Source of the DNA: a virus
Lineage: Duplodnaviria > Caudoviricetes
Length of the DNA stretch: 64,000 nucleotides
Direction: 5' to 3' (one strand)
Virus record (IMG/VR): IMGVR_UViG_3300020148_000032
Below, piece by piece: positions 40,453 to 50,202 of the stretch; position 1 is the stretch's first letter; each line of letters begins with the position of its first letter. Below the pieces are notes generated by a model. It was not told the DNA's origin. It saw only the letters and a program-made list of their open reading frames with translations, and made no database searches. The position numbers were made by a program, and so were the translations under genes.

Positions 40453-40548
40453 ATGAACCTGCATTTTCGACTTGGCGTTATCGCGTCTTCGGGTTCTGCT
40501 CTTATTCCTGTGGTTATTTTCGGAACAAGACTTCTAGAGCACATGTAA
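40453..40548 (+). CDS. Small hydrophobic peptide (31 aa)
   Basis: AAGGAG RBS directly after the promoter; MNLHFRLGVIASSGSALIPVVIFGTRLLEHM. Confidence 0.55.
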   Translation: MNLHFRLGVIASSGSALIPVVIFGTRLLEHM

Positions 40549-40557
40549 GGATCTACC

Positions 40558-41079
40558 ATGACAATCGTTTCCCTTCTGCCGATCCCCATTCTTAAAGCGA
40601 ATGAGGCAGAAGAGAAGAATTATAAGAATTCCGAAAGACCGCTTACCGCTGAAGAAAAGCGTTTCATTAACGGTTTAGGTGTTGGAAAAACTTTTACTAT
40701 ACGTCAGAAGTCTGCGGCTAGCAAGACTTCTATCGTAAAGAACATCACGCGCGAAGGATTTCACTACACTGAGGTAGAGGGCGGTTCTCAATCCTTCTTT
40801 CCATACGCGAATGCTCTCCGAGTCGAATGGACTAACGAGCCAAACTCCGTAAGTTTTGGAAAGTTCTACAGCTTTGAAGAGGCTCTCGAAGGGAAAATAA
40901 AGATTCTTACGTCCCTTGGTAAGGATTTTTCAATCGGAGCGAGAAACAAGAAGACTTATAGAGTATCTAGTCGAAATTCTAACGGTGTCTCTCTCATTGA
41001 GTTTAATAATGGATCCCGCGTTCCTGGAACCCAGAAGTTTTACTTGTATACTGAACTATTTAATATTGTCATGATTTGA
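40558..41079 (+). CDS. Hypothetical protein with two tandem similar beta domains
   Basis: LGVGKTFTI...FFPY and LGKDFSI...FYLY. Confidence 0.65.
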   Translation: MTIVSLLPIPILKANEAEEKNYKNSERPLTAEEKRFINGLGVGKTFTIRQKSAASKTSIVKNITREGFHYTEVEGGSQSFFPYANALRVEWTNEPNSVSFGKFYSFEEALEGKIKILTSLGKDFSIGARNKKTYRVSSRNSNGVSLIEFNNGSRVPGTQKFYLYTELFNIVMI

Positions 41080-41096
41080 ACATTGGAGTAATCATT

Positions 41097-41225
41097 ATGA
41101 AGAAATTGAAAGATCAAGTTGATTTATCAAATTTGAAGAACAAGGATTTCCTCATTGCAGTAGCAATTATTGCTCTCCCATTTTTTGCAGCTTTTGGAAT
41201 CATTAATTTTATTATCTTGGGTTAA
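41097..41225 (+). CDS. Small membrane protein (42 aa)
   Basis: GGAG RBS; one TM segment. Confidence 0.55.
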   Translation: MKKLKDQVDLSNLKNKDFLIAVAIIALPFFAAFGIINFIILG

Positions 41226-41248
41226 GTATAGGAAAGCGGTTATACATT

Positions 41249-41539
41249 ATGACGAATCTTGAAGATGCAACTCTTGAACAGCTTCTTAGTGAAATTGGGG
41301 CGCGCTTTCCAAAAGAAGCAAATGTTGAGTTCTTCTACACCACTGATACTCCTCATCAGTGGTCTAGCGGTCCGCGTTTGAACTTTTACGATAGTGAAAA
41401 AAGAGACTTTATCCATGACTTTGATCGAGCTCGCGAGTGTGCTTTGAAAGCCCGCGCTGGAAAAGTAGGATATGAATCTCACGTTGTTACTTCTTTTGGA
41501 GTTCTTATCAAAACTCGCGATAGGGATTCTAATTCATAA
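41249..41539 (+). CDS. Hypothetical protein
   Basis: ORF in operon. Confidence 0.6.
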   Translation: MTNLEDATLEQLLSEIGARFPKEANVEFFYTTDTPHQWSSGPRLNFYDSEKRDFIHDFDRARECALKARAGKVGYESHVVTSFGVLIKTRDRDSNS

Positions 41540-41881
41540 TGAAAAATGATGAGTGGACTTTCCCAGAAAATGTGAACATCGCTCTCTTGGAGAGCATCAA
41601 TTCAGCTCTAGAAAATGAAGAGAGCTATAATGATTGACATTAAGGCTTCTTATGTAGAGAAAAACACTCTAGTGAGAGCTTAATGAAACATTGTCAAAGA
41701 AAAATCAAACATTCCTCAAAAATTACTTTGATAAGTTGTGTAATTTCTTCTTAATATTCTCAATAAGTTCTTTATAAGCCTCTTTAAGAAGATCTTTTTC
41801 AGTTGACATTTAGACTCCTTTTCAATTGATAAACATAGAAATGCATGTTATTATTATGACAAGAGTGAAAGGAAATTCTTC

Positions 41882-42253
41882 ATGTCAACTACAGTTATTG
41901 ATTTTATTACAAATCAAAGCTCTCCATATAGTCTTGTATGTGACGTTCTTGAGCTCATCTACGAGAACAAGATTCATTATCTGGACCTAGTCCTTGTCAA
42001 GGCTCCAGATAATAATGATAGCGACGGTTCAGCGCAACACCCATACCCAGTGAACTTTGGCTATAACTCTGCCACTGAGGACGATTTTGCTCTAGCGTCA
42101 ACAATTGGGGTATACGATTACTTTGGACTTCGCGATTCTTCTTCTGATACATATTCATCTGAAGGTGCTTATACTGGTAATCAGTACGAGAGGGATCCAA
42201 ATTCATCCTTTACGAGAGCTCTTGTACTTGACCCTCCCGCATACACTCTTTAA
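41882..42253 (+). CDS. Hypothetical acidic protein
   Basis: AAAGGA RBS; terminator follows. Confidence 0.65.
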   Translation: MSTTVIDFITNQSSPYSLVCDVLELIYENKIHYLDLVLVKAPDNNDSDGSAQHPYPVNFGYNSATEDDFALASTIGVYDYFGLRDSSSDTYSSEGAYTGNQYERDPNSSFTRALVLDPPAYTL

Positions 42254-42291
42254 ACTTTTAAGGCGGTGCCGAATGGCACCGCCTTAAAAGT
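42254..42291. terminator. Bidirectional terminator (17-bp stem)
   Basis: ACTTTTAAGGCGGTGCC-gaat-GGCACCGCCTTAAAAGT. Confidence 0.8.
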
Positions 42292-42452
42292 AAGAATCTT
42301 TATTTGTTTCTATCAGCTGTTTCTTTTTCCCATTGTTTGCGATCCTCTTCCTTTCGTCGGTGATAATCGTCATTTACGAACGGGCCAGCCAAGAAGAAAT
42401 GTAATAAGTTTAGCGTATACTTTCTTAGTCATTTCTTTCGCACTGTTAGTTA

Positions 42453-42923
42453 TTATCTTTCTCCCTTAAAAGATGTATTAATCTTTCTATAATGTTTTTT
42501 CACTTGCTGAACAAGTTCATGAATGCTGTTCACTACTTTTACCTCTGGTCTCTCAAGAGAAAGTTGAAATTCAACATCAAAGGCTCGTTTATACTCTGGG
42601 TGAACTCCAACAAAAAGAGGTTTGTCCTTCATCATCATTTTCCCTAATTCTAAAAGAGTGATAGGGCAAAGGGTCTCCTTAGGGAACCAGAAAAGTATGG
42701 CGCCAGACAATTCAAGAGCTTCAAATTCCCATGAGATTTGAACCCTTGCTATTTCTCCCTCTAAAGTAATCAACTCGTTACGGCGAGGGTTAGTTACAGT
42801 GATATCTAAATCTTCAAGTAATCCTATAATTTCATCCTGCCATAAAGGGCAATTACTAATTCCTCCTGCTAGAAAAAGATCTGGATTAGTATTAATAATT
42901 TCTGGAGATGTATAAACTTTCAT
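42453..42923 (-). CDS. Nucleoside 2-deoxyribosyltransferase-like protein
   Basis: LFLAGGI..CP.WQ, NPRR, QISWE, FWFP.ET.CPITLLELG. Confidence 0.85.
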   Translation of the reverse strand: MKVYTSPEIINTNPDLFLAGGISNCPLWQDEIIGLLEDLDITVTNPRRNELITLEGEIARVQISWEFEALELSGAILFWFPKETLCPITLLELGKMMMKDKPLFVGVHPEYKRAFDVEFQLSLERPEVKVVNSIHELVQQVKKHYRKINTSFKGER

Positions 42924-43044
42924 AAGAACCCCTTTCGCATAATTATTATATCGAGCGGTTGTGTTTTTTAAAACAGCATGTTACTATTAGAAATAGGTTT
43001 ATTGAAAAAGAGATTCTCTCACGGTAGTTAATTAAGGAATAAAA

Positions 43045-43311
43045 ATGACACAAACTTTCATTACTAAGGATGATGTTCTCTCTATGGCAAACGAGGTCTC
43101 TCGCCTTCTGCTTGCAAACGGAGCGTCAATCACCGAGTCGCAAGAGAGCAAGATTGTTACTCTCCTCATGAATCTCTCAATTCTTGTTAGAGACATTTCG
43201 TACTCTGCTGATTCAGACAGGTTGCGGTTTGATTCTGAAGTAGAGGCAGAGGTAACTTTTAATGATCGGCGGCACCTTGAACTTCTTTCTTCAGGAATGT
43301 TTGACAAGTAA
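43045..43311 (+). CDS. Hypothetical protein
   Basis: AAGGA RBS. Confidence 0.6.
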   Translation: MTQTFITKDDVLSMANEVSRLLLANGASITESQESKIVTLLMNLSILVRDISYSADSDRLRFDSEVEAEVTFNDRRHLELLSSGMFDK

Positions 43312-43354
43312 CGTATTACCTGTATAGAATAATACTTGTCGAAAGGTTAAGGAA

Positions 43355-43540
43355 ATGATGACACTCACTCGGGCAATGATGGTTTTTTCTCTTTACATGA
43401 TTTCTTTTATCTCGTTTGTATTTTTTGCACTGGCGGCAGGTGGAGTTTTCATTGTTGAGGGTGATTACACTATGATTGGACTTGCATCTTCTATATTTTC
43501 AATGGTGCTGGCTCTAATCATGGACCGCCCTAACGTGTGA
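43355..43540 (+). CDS. Small 2-TM protein
   Basis: Hydrophobic; RBS. Confidence 0.55.
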   Translation: MMTLTRAMMVFSLYMISFISFVFFALAAGGVFIVEGDYTMIGLASSIFSMVLALIMDRPNV

Positions 43541-43714
43541 AGCAAAAAGAACTCTGGGGTCAACATTTATTTGGTTGACCCCAAACAGGGCGTTATTATT
43601 CACAACTTCTGTGTTAACCCCACGAGTACTACTCTCTTCGCAATAACAACATTGTTCTTATTCGAGAGAACGCGGATCTTTTTATAAAGGCTTGCCCTGC
43701 ATAAAACTAAAGAA

Positions 43715-43754
43715 AACTCTTAAGGCACCCCTTTCTATGGGTGCCTTAAGAGTT
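43715..43754. terminator. Terminator hairpin (16-bp stem)
   Basis: AACTCTTAAGGCACCC ... GGGTGCCTTAAGAGTT. Confidence 0.75.
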
Positions 43755-44073
43755 AGAGATAAAAATCTACTCTACGCGGATGTCTTTCCATGTAATATTT
43801 ATCTTGTCGTGAGTGATCAAGTATGAAACCGAATCGAGAGTAGAAATCACGCAATTGTTCGTTATTCATACCTGGAGCAAATTGTGCAGCTTCAAGGATA
43901 AGGGTTAACCCGTTCTTATCAGCATACTCACAAAGTTTAAGGAATAGGCCGGTTGCATGACCTTCTTTCTTCTTTCGTGAGTAGACCTCACTCACTGTTG
44001 CTCTCTTTGTGTTTTCCCACATCACTAATCTTGCCGATGCTGAATCACAAAAGAATTCAATCTCATCATTCAT
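43753..44073 (-). CDS. GNAT-family acetyltransferase
   Basis: KKEGHAT.L...C.YAD, L..FYSRFGF. Confidence 0.75.
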   Translation of the reverse strand: MNDEIEFFCDSASARLVMWENTKRATVSEVYSRKKKEGHATGLFLKLCEYADKNGLTLILEAAQFAPGMNNEQLRDFYSRFGFILDHSRQDKYYMERHPRRVDFYL

Positions 44074-44077
44074 TACA

Positions 44078-44770
44078 TTATTCCTGCTCTAACTTGTTGA
44101 TAGGAATTTGATGAACAACTCGAGCGATAGGAATATAACATTCGGAAGTGTTAACACCATTAGTGAGATCAACACAAGAAAGCTCCAGAACAAATGATTC
44201 TTCGTCAACATTCATAGCGACTTCAGAGTAATCTTTTACAAAATAAATTTCATTTTCATATTTGAAGCTATAAAAATCATTAGTTCCCCATTCATCAATT
44301 TGGTATGTATAATTACTCGTTCCAAGTGATGTTTCTGGCGAAAGAACTAAATTATCAACAATGCTTTCTTTAGGGTAATCAGGATGCGGATGTTCTTTTA
44401 CATATGTTACATCATGAGTGAAAGTGAAAGAGAGAGCAATGACTGACGAGACTACCATGAAAACAGCAGCCGCAATAGTAACAAGTCTAGCATAAAGGGG
44501 AACTACTAGCTTTCTAGTGTAAAAAAGTACAAACAAAAGTACTAGTACGAAAAGTAAGAGGACTATTGGATCAACATCTCCAACTACATATTGGTATTCC
44601 ACATTTTTATAAATATTCAAAGAAATAAGACCTAAAATAGCACCTAAAATGCTGGTAACTACTGTAGCGGTGAAGTTAAATTTCGATCCAGGTTTTAATT
44701 GATGCTCTTCTACGAATATAAATTGAAAAAATCCGGCAATCAATATCAAAAATATTGTGATAACAAACAT
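44078..44770 (-). CDS. 4-TM membrane protein (paralog of 39650)
   Basis: Shared C-terminal domain motifs. Confidence 0.7.
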   Translation of the reverse strand: MFVITIFLILIAGFFQFIFVEEHQLKPGSKFNFTATVVTSILGAILGLISLNIYKNVEYQYVVGDVDPIVLLLFVLVLLFVLFYTRKLVVPLYARLVTIAAAVFMVVSSVIALSFTFTHDVTYVKEHPHPDYPKESIVDNLVLSPETSLGTSNYTYQIDEWGTNDFYSFKYENEIYFVKDYSEVAMNVDEESFVLELSCVDLTNGVNTSECYIPIARVVHQIPINKLEQE

Positions 44771-44819
44771 GTTCTTCCTTTCTAAAAGATTGTAAAAATT
44801 TTAACAAGAAAAAGCAGAT

Positions 44820-45119
44820 TTATTTTTCGTCAAGTATCTTTCGGTACGCTTCAACAGATTCTAGAAGATCCTCACTAGAGAAAGTCACTCTGCGAACCTT
44901 TGATTTCTCCTTCTTCAAAAGAGAATTCCATCCAAAGAAGCTTTCCTTAAAGCAGAAATTATCAACAATTTCATCATCATTGTTAATGCGCGAGTATGCG
45001 ATTACTTCGCAATTATTAATGCTTCCGTGAGAATAATAGCCTCTATTACTAGAATAATCATGAACATTAAGACCCTCGATAAGCCCCATGAGAGTAGCAA
45101 TCATTTCATGATGAGACAC
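44820..45119 (-). CDS. Hypothetical protein (C-terminus resembles a histidine-phosphatase fragment)
   Basis: Preceded in frame by VVV-SH; H..I.NC pattern; may be truncated. Confidence 0.35.
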   Translation of the reverse strand: MSHHEMIATLMGLIEGLNVHDYSSNRGYYSHGSINNCEVIAYSRINNDDEIVDNFCFKESFFGWNSLLKKEKSKVRRVTFSSEDLLESVEAYRKILDEK

Positions 45120-45204
45120 AACAACTACATTTCTAGAGTTTGAATGTAATTCGAGTTCATGAAGAAACAGTCTTGCGCGAGGCGAATAAGAGTATGAGGA
45201 AGCA

Positions 45205-45558
45205 TTAAGAGGTCACCTTTTCATCAATAGATTTTATATCTTCCATAATTGGGTTAGAGACTGCAACATGCCCATTATCGTAAAAAATTGCAATGTTCCC
45301 GTGACGGAGGGTGCGAGTGTTCCCACAACATTTATCATAGAAAGCAAGGGCGTCTTTACCATCAATTTTGAAGCCCCAAATCTCACCATCTAAAATCTTC
45401 ATGAGTTTTTCTTGAGTTTGATCAGTAAGTGGCACCTCCATTAAAATTATTGACCCATTAGGTCCGTGAAGACCTTTGCAGCCGAAAGAAGTTGTCGATT
45501 CGGAATTTGGATGACAACAAGTGGACGAAGAATGTCCCTCGCATGGTCCCGTATTCAT
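45205..45558 (-). CDS. Cys-rich hypothetical protein
   Basis: ATGA coupling, GGAG RBS. Confidence 0.6.
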   Translation of the reverse strand: MNTGPCEGHSSSTCCHPNSESTTSFGCKGLHGPNGSIILMEVPLTDQTQEKLMKILDGEIWGFKIDGKDALAFYDKCCGNTRTLRHGNIAIFYDNGHVAVSNPIMEDIKSIDEKVTS

Positions 45559-45821
45559 AGTTCTCTCCTATTTTCATTATTCGCGTTCTCTAGCACACAA
45601 AGTATACTTTTAACATTTAGAATCTTTGTATTGTATTTTAAGATTGATGATTCTTTCATGTCTCTAAAGAGGTTAAGCCTTTCAAGTCTGCGCTCATCAT
45701 AAACTCTATTTTGGTCCTTCATTGTAAGCTCAATATTCGAGAGTTCTTCAGTAGAAATCTCAAGCTGGTTCTTATAATACATAAGGAGGGTTTTGTAGAA
45801 AACCTTTTTTAGTTTATTCAT
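45555..45821 (-). CDS. Hypothetical coiled-coil protein
   Basis: GGGAG RBS. Confidence 0.55.
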   Translation of the reverse strand: MNKLKKVFYKTLLMYYKNQLEISTEELSNIELTMKDQNRVYDERRLERLNLFRDMKESSILKYNTKILNVKSILCVLENANNENRREL

Positions 45822-45965
45822 GATAAAGCTCCCTCAATAAAGATACCTATTTATCTTATTTTAACCTTATCATATGCGGACATTAAAATCAAATTTAATC
45901 ATGGTTGATTTTTATAAGAGTACCGTGTAAAGTATGTATTAATGAATTCTTGAAAGGCGATTATC

Positions 45966-46247
45966 GTGAAGGCTTATATTCTGAATCTCATTAAGATTGT
46001 TCGGGTCTTTTTTGCAAAGCTTGTTATTCGTCAACATGAATACGCTATGTCTGAACTTGAATTCGAGCGAAAGATGATCATTGAATCTTACGAGTCAAAG
46101 ATTTCTCATTGGTCTCACCTCTCTTGGACTCCTGGATACCGCGATCTAGTTGAAGACTATGATGCTGAACTTAACAATCTAGAGTCTCGGATCTCTATCC
46201 AAAAGGACTTGTATAATCGAGCAGTGAAGACTCTCGAAAATATTTAA
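45966..46247 (+). CDS. Hypothetical coiled-coil protein
   Basis: Divergent from 45821, similar size and composition. Confidence 0.55.
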   Translation: MKAYILNLIKIVRVFFAKLVIRQHEYAMSELEFERKMIIESYESKISHWSHLSWTPGYRDLVEDYDAELNNLESRISIQKDLYNRAVKTLENI

Positions 46248-46259
46248 GGCGGTAATGAA

Positions 46260-46577
46260 ATGCTTGAAATAACAATCAATGGAAATTCTCATCGTCTTGA
46301 GAAGGTAGCCTTTGAAGACATTAAGATGGGAGATCATGTTGCTCATCTTTACATTGACCCAGAGGGTAATGGAAACCAACTATGGTATGGAAATGTCAGC
46401 GGCGGGCAGCATGATCGACTTGGTGTAATTCGATACTACTGTAAGGCTGATCCTGAATCTTACGATTTCACGGTTGAGTCCGTAGCAAAGAGTCCCAATA
46501 ACTCTTCAGAATGGGTTCTTGCTTCTTGGTGGCATGATGATGCCCCTGAGGGTCACTTCCTCTATCGTTTCATTTAA
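46260..46577 (+). CDS. Hypothetical protein
   Basis: ORF in operon. Confidence 0.6.
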   Translation: MLEITINGNSHRLEKVAFEDIKMGDHVAHLYIDPEGNGNQLWYGNVSGGQHDRLGVIRYYCKADPESYDFTVESVAKSPNNSSEWVLASWWHDDAPEGHFLYRFI

Positions 46578-46784
46578 CTTTAAGAGTTGTCCATTTTCAT
46601 TACTTTACGAAGAGATAGATGTTAGTCTGTCACTATAGAGGGTTATATGAAAATTTGGTGTCATTCATTCAAGCAGTGATTAACACTGCTTAAACTGCAG
46701 TTTAGATACCCACTAGAGAAATTCTTGAATAATTGAACAAAGAGTATTATTACTAAGCTTCTTCAAATTCTCATCACAATATTT

Positions 46785-47168
46785 TTAAGAGAGAATAAAA
46801 GTATCAGTCGCGATAACCCTTTTAAAGGTTAGTGATCTAAGGTGAATCCTAATTAACTGAAGTATGATCTCAATGAATTCCTCATCAGAACATTCAAGGG
46901 TAAAAAATCCATCTTGAAGAGAAGGGTCTTCATTGTAAGGCACCTCTACTTCGGAATAATCACCAGTTGCAAGACTGTGAATATGAGCTCTTGTGATTAT
47001 TCTTTTATTATCAACCTTGCGCCACTCATGAATAGGGTCAAAATTTAAGTCAGAGATAACTTTCTTGTAAGCTCGTTTCAAATCACTAGTTTTTATGTTT
47101 TCTTGAATATGAAAAAGTGTAGGGACTTCATCATTACAAAACCTTATGTCAACAATTTCGGTTGCCAT
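46785..47168 (-). CDS. Hypothetical protein
   Basis: TAATG coupling. Confidence 0.55.
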   Translation of the reverse strand: MATEIVDIRFCNDEVPTLFHIQENIKTSDLKRAYKKVISDLNFDPIHEWRKVDNKRIITRAHIHSLATGDYSEVEVPYNEDPSLQDGFFTLECSDEEFIEIILQLIRIHLRSLTFKRVIATDTFILS

Positions 47169-47362
47169 TATTTGACTCCCTCTAAAGAACCGATCCAACG
47201 ATACTCTCTAATGAGACGCTTCATCGTTAGTTTCTTTGAACATTCTTTAAGATTCTCGATAGTCACTTCTGACCAAGTTTCGTCTCGAAATATTTCAGTA
47301 ATTTTAAACACTTCTCTAGTTTGCGGGTTCACCCACACTTGGTTAATCTCAAAAATATTCAC
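47168..47362 (-). CDS. Small hypothetical protein
   Basis: AAGGAG RBS; NQVW pattern. Confidence 0.55.
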   Translation of the reverse strand: MNIFEINQVWVNPQTREVFKITEIFRDETWSEVTIENLKECSKKLTMKRLIREYRWIGSLEGVK

Positions 47363-47386
47363 GAAAGAACTCCTTATCGAAAGATC

Positions 47387-48277
47387 TTAATTCATTGTAT
47401 CATCTTTTATGATAATAGTCAAAGCCTTACAATATATTTTTTCTTCAATTTTGAGAGATAAAGGCGTGTAATAAGCATTAAAGAGGACAAAACCTACAGT
47501 AAGACCTATTGCTGTAGTTAAAAAGTTGGAAAGCGTTGATAAAAGTACAATAAGAGGAAGCACAACAAAAATAGAATAAGAGTTAAGAACTCTCATTGCT
47601 TGTAATGCTATCAAATAATGCTTTTTATTGTCAAGCTTTTTAACTGTCTCAAGTCTTGTTTCATCAAGATCAATCCTGATTTGCCCTACGCAAGAATTCT
47701 TCTTTAATTCGTTGAATGCTAATGACTGATAAGTATGATCAGTAAATTTTGTGTGAGAATATGAGAAAGAAGTAAGTTTTGAAACGTAATAAAGAAGAGC
47801 CAGAATTACCGCGGCAAGACATAGAAAGACACTGCCTGCGAATGCAATATGAAAAATTGTAGCCAAAGTATGAAAGACATTTTTTCGTGTCTCATTACTC
47901 ATGTTAAAGAATAGAAAGAGTGACATAAAAAGAAGTAGAGTTGAGAGAACTAGACCGCTTGAAATATACACAATCTTTTTTAAGGACCCCTTGAAATCTG
48001 AAAGAAGTATTTTAGAATCTTCGAGAACGTTGTTAACTATTTCTTCTTCTCTTATGTAACCGTTAGAGTCACTTTTTACTAAAAGCTCAGGATGTATAGA
48101 ATAACCGTCTTTTGAAGAGTATTGGTAACGGATCCCATCAACGGTGTAAAAAGTCTTATCTTTTAAAGGGCCTGATCCAGGTAGGATGTTGATTTCTTTA
48201 ATCCTTGCGTAAGATGTAGAATCCTTCTCTTTCTTTGACCGGTATTGTAAAGAATTGTCTAGAATAGTCCTGAACAT
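47387..48277 (-). CDS. Membrane protein (tandem paralog of 48290)
   Basis: VDGIRYQY..KDGYSI plus 4 TM. Confidence 0.7.
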   Translation of the reverse strand: MFRTILDNSLQYRSKKEKDSTSYARIKEINILPGSGPLKDKTFYTVDGIRYQYSSKDGYSIHPELLVKSDSNGYIREEEIVNNVLEDSKILLSDFKGSLKKIVYISSGLVLSTLLLFMSLFLFFNMSNETRKNVFHTLATIFHIAFAGSVFLCLAAVILALLYYVSKLTSFSYSHTKFTDHTYQSLAFNELKKNSCVGQIRIDLDETRLETVKKLDNKKHYLIALQAMRVLNSYSIFVVLPLIVLLSTLSNFLTTAIGLTVGFVLFNAYYTPLSLKIEEKIYCKALTIIIKDDTMN

Positions 48278-48289
48278 GTTGATTAACTC

Positions 48290-49174
48290 CTAAGCGTTCT
48301 TCTTCCTATTATCACTATCAATAGAGAGAGTTAAAGCTACAGAATAGATTGAAAGAACCTCAGCTAAAGCAAAAGGGTAAAGAAGCATAGTGAACAATGT
48401 GCCTACTGCCCATGAAATAATGAATGTAAGGTTGAAAGAGAAAAAGACGAAGAAAAGAGTAGTAAGCCCTATAATGGCAGTAAGGAAAGGGATTACTCTC
48501 ATGATTGTCTCTAGAGCAACAATTTCTACTTTAGATTCATTAAGTTTTTGAGTAGTTAACTTTTCACTTTCTTGAATATTAATAGTAAGAGAATGGTCAG
48601 GTTTATCAAACAAGTCATATCTTTGCACTAAAGCGTTAATTTTAGGGCTTTTAAGATCTTCAATTTTTGAAATCTTTGTAATTCCCCATATAAGAAATAG
48701 AACTGCAAGGACCCCCAAACCTATAGCAACAAATGCTGCAACTCCTTGTAAAATAGAAATAATTTTTTCGTTTACATGAATAGAATCTTTGAAAAGATAA
48801 AGAAGAATGCTAGAAGCAATGATAAAGAATGCTGAAATGAAAGAATTGATAATGAACGAGTTCCTTCGAGCGGTTGGAGTCACTTTATCTTGCCACAAGG
48901 TTTCATTTAACGATTCTTCACGAGTATAAAAATCTGTTTCTTTAATAAGAGTATAATTACTAATCTTGTACCCGTCTTGTCGGTTATTAAATTCATAACC
49001 GATGGCGTCAATAACAAACTTTTCAGTATCTTGAATTTTTAAAGACGGGTGCGGCTCACCAATATATTTGATCGTCTGCTCTGGTATTTTTGCCCAAGAT
49101 AACCTGTATTCTGAATGGTAAGTTTCTGATGGTTCAATCTTTGCACTATTCGCCGCGATAAAAAAGTTCTTCAT
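48290..49174 (-). CDS. Membrane protein (tandem paralog of 47387)
   Basis: IDAIGYEF...DGYKI plus 4 TM; IY..ALT shared. Confidence 0.7.
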   Translation of the reverse strand: MKNFFIAANSAKIEPSETYHSEYRLSWAKIPEQTIKYIGEPHPSLKIQDTEKFVIDAIGYEFNNRQDGYKISNYTLIKETDFYTREESLNETLWQDKVTPTARRNSFIINSFISAFFIIASSILLYLFKDSIHVNEKIISILQGVAAFVAIGLGVLAVLFLIWGITKISKIEDLKSPKINALVQRYDLFDKPDHSLTINIQESEKLTTQKLNESKVEIVALETIMRVIPFLTAIIGLTTLFFVFFSFNLTFIISWAVGTLFTMLLYPFALAEVLSIYSVALTLSIDSDNRKKNA

Positions 49175-49187
49175 AACATTTTCCTTA

Positions 49188-49628
49188 CTATTCAGACTTA
49201 CTCATTTTATCAAGACCGCAATGTAATCCTTTTGGAGCTAAACGCTCTTTAAGAAGCCTTTCAGAAACTGAGTCCTCGTGAGAATTCTTAACGAATTCCA
49301 AGATTTCGTAGAGAGTAATGACTTCATCAAGAGGTAAAGTAAATGTAAGATCTTGATCATTTAACCTGTGAGAAAGTTCTTGGTCGAACCTTTTGAAAAT
49401 AACAATCAAATTTTCAAGAGCTCTAGAGTTTAAAATACCTGAAGTTAAAACAAAACCTTCCCAGTAATATGTAGCGAAAAAGTCTACCAGAGTGTCAAAT
49501 TCTGACCTGTTAAGAACTACTTTTGAATCCTTCTTCTCTCTTAACCTTTTGAAATCATTGAGTTGTCTCTCCTCTTTAAGCTTTTCATACATGTATTTCA
49601 GATCAATAAAGCTGCTATTTTTATGCAT
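49188..49628 (-). CDS. Hypothetical protein (tandem paralog of 49621)
   Basis: DFF..YYWEG....SG. Confidence 0.6.
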   Translation of the reverse strand: MHKNSSFIDLKYMYEKLKEERQLNDFKRLREKKDSKVVLNRSEFDTLVDFFATYYWEGFVLTSGILNSRALENLIVIFKRFDQELSHRLNDQDLTFTLPLDEVITLYEILEFVKNSHEDSVSERLLKERLAPKGLHCGLDKMSKSE

Positions 49629-50088
49629 ATTTAATACCCCAACTCTCAAGAAAGCTATCTTTAAAATTAGAGCCATCTATTATTGGGAAGTTTTTGTCAA
49701 TGTCAGGGAAGCCTTCCCTAATAGCAAAAGTCTCATTTGACTCTCTCAGCAAAAAGTCAGAATTATTCCGGCTATTTTTAAGATTTTCGAGAGCCAAGGC
49801 TTTGTCAGATGAATTAACAAAAAGGTGGATTGTATACAATTGAAGTATTCTATCTTTCGTTTCATTAAACACTAATCTGCCTTGGTCATTTGGAGCGATT
49901 TTTTCTAAATACTCATAAAGATATTCAGATATGTCTCTCATCTGGTCAATATCCCAGTAACCACTACAGGACTTCCAACCATCCCACAAATAATTGTCAG
50001 CAAAGTCAAAAATTTTCTTTAAGTCTTCTTGTTTGATCGAATACCGACTCAAGCGTAAAAGCTTTTGAAAAAGTTCATCTGGATTCAT
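49621..50088 (-). CDS. Hypothetical protein (tandem paralog of 49188)
   Basis: DFA.NYLWDG....SG. Confidence 0.6.
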   Translation of the reverse strand: MNPDELFQKLLRLSRYSIKQEDLKKIFDFADNYLWDGWKSCSGYWDIDQMRDISEYLYEYLEKIAPNDQGRLVFNETKDRILQLYTIHLFVNSSDKALALENLKNSRNNSDFLLRESNETFAIREGFPDIDKNFPIIDGSNFKDSFLESWGIKYA

Positions 50089-50202
50089 GATTGTCCCTTT
50101 CGTTAAATGCGTCGAGATAAAAAGAGAAAGGTTCTTTTCCCTTCAAGCTCGATAATCTATTATCCTTAGAGTTCCAATACCCTAGAGTAGCAATAATAGT
50201 AT

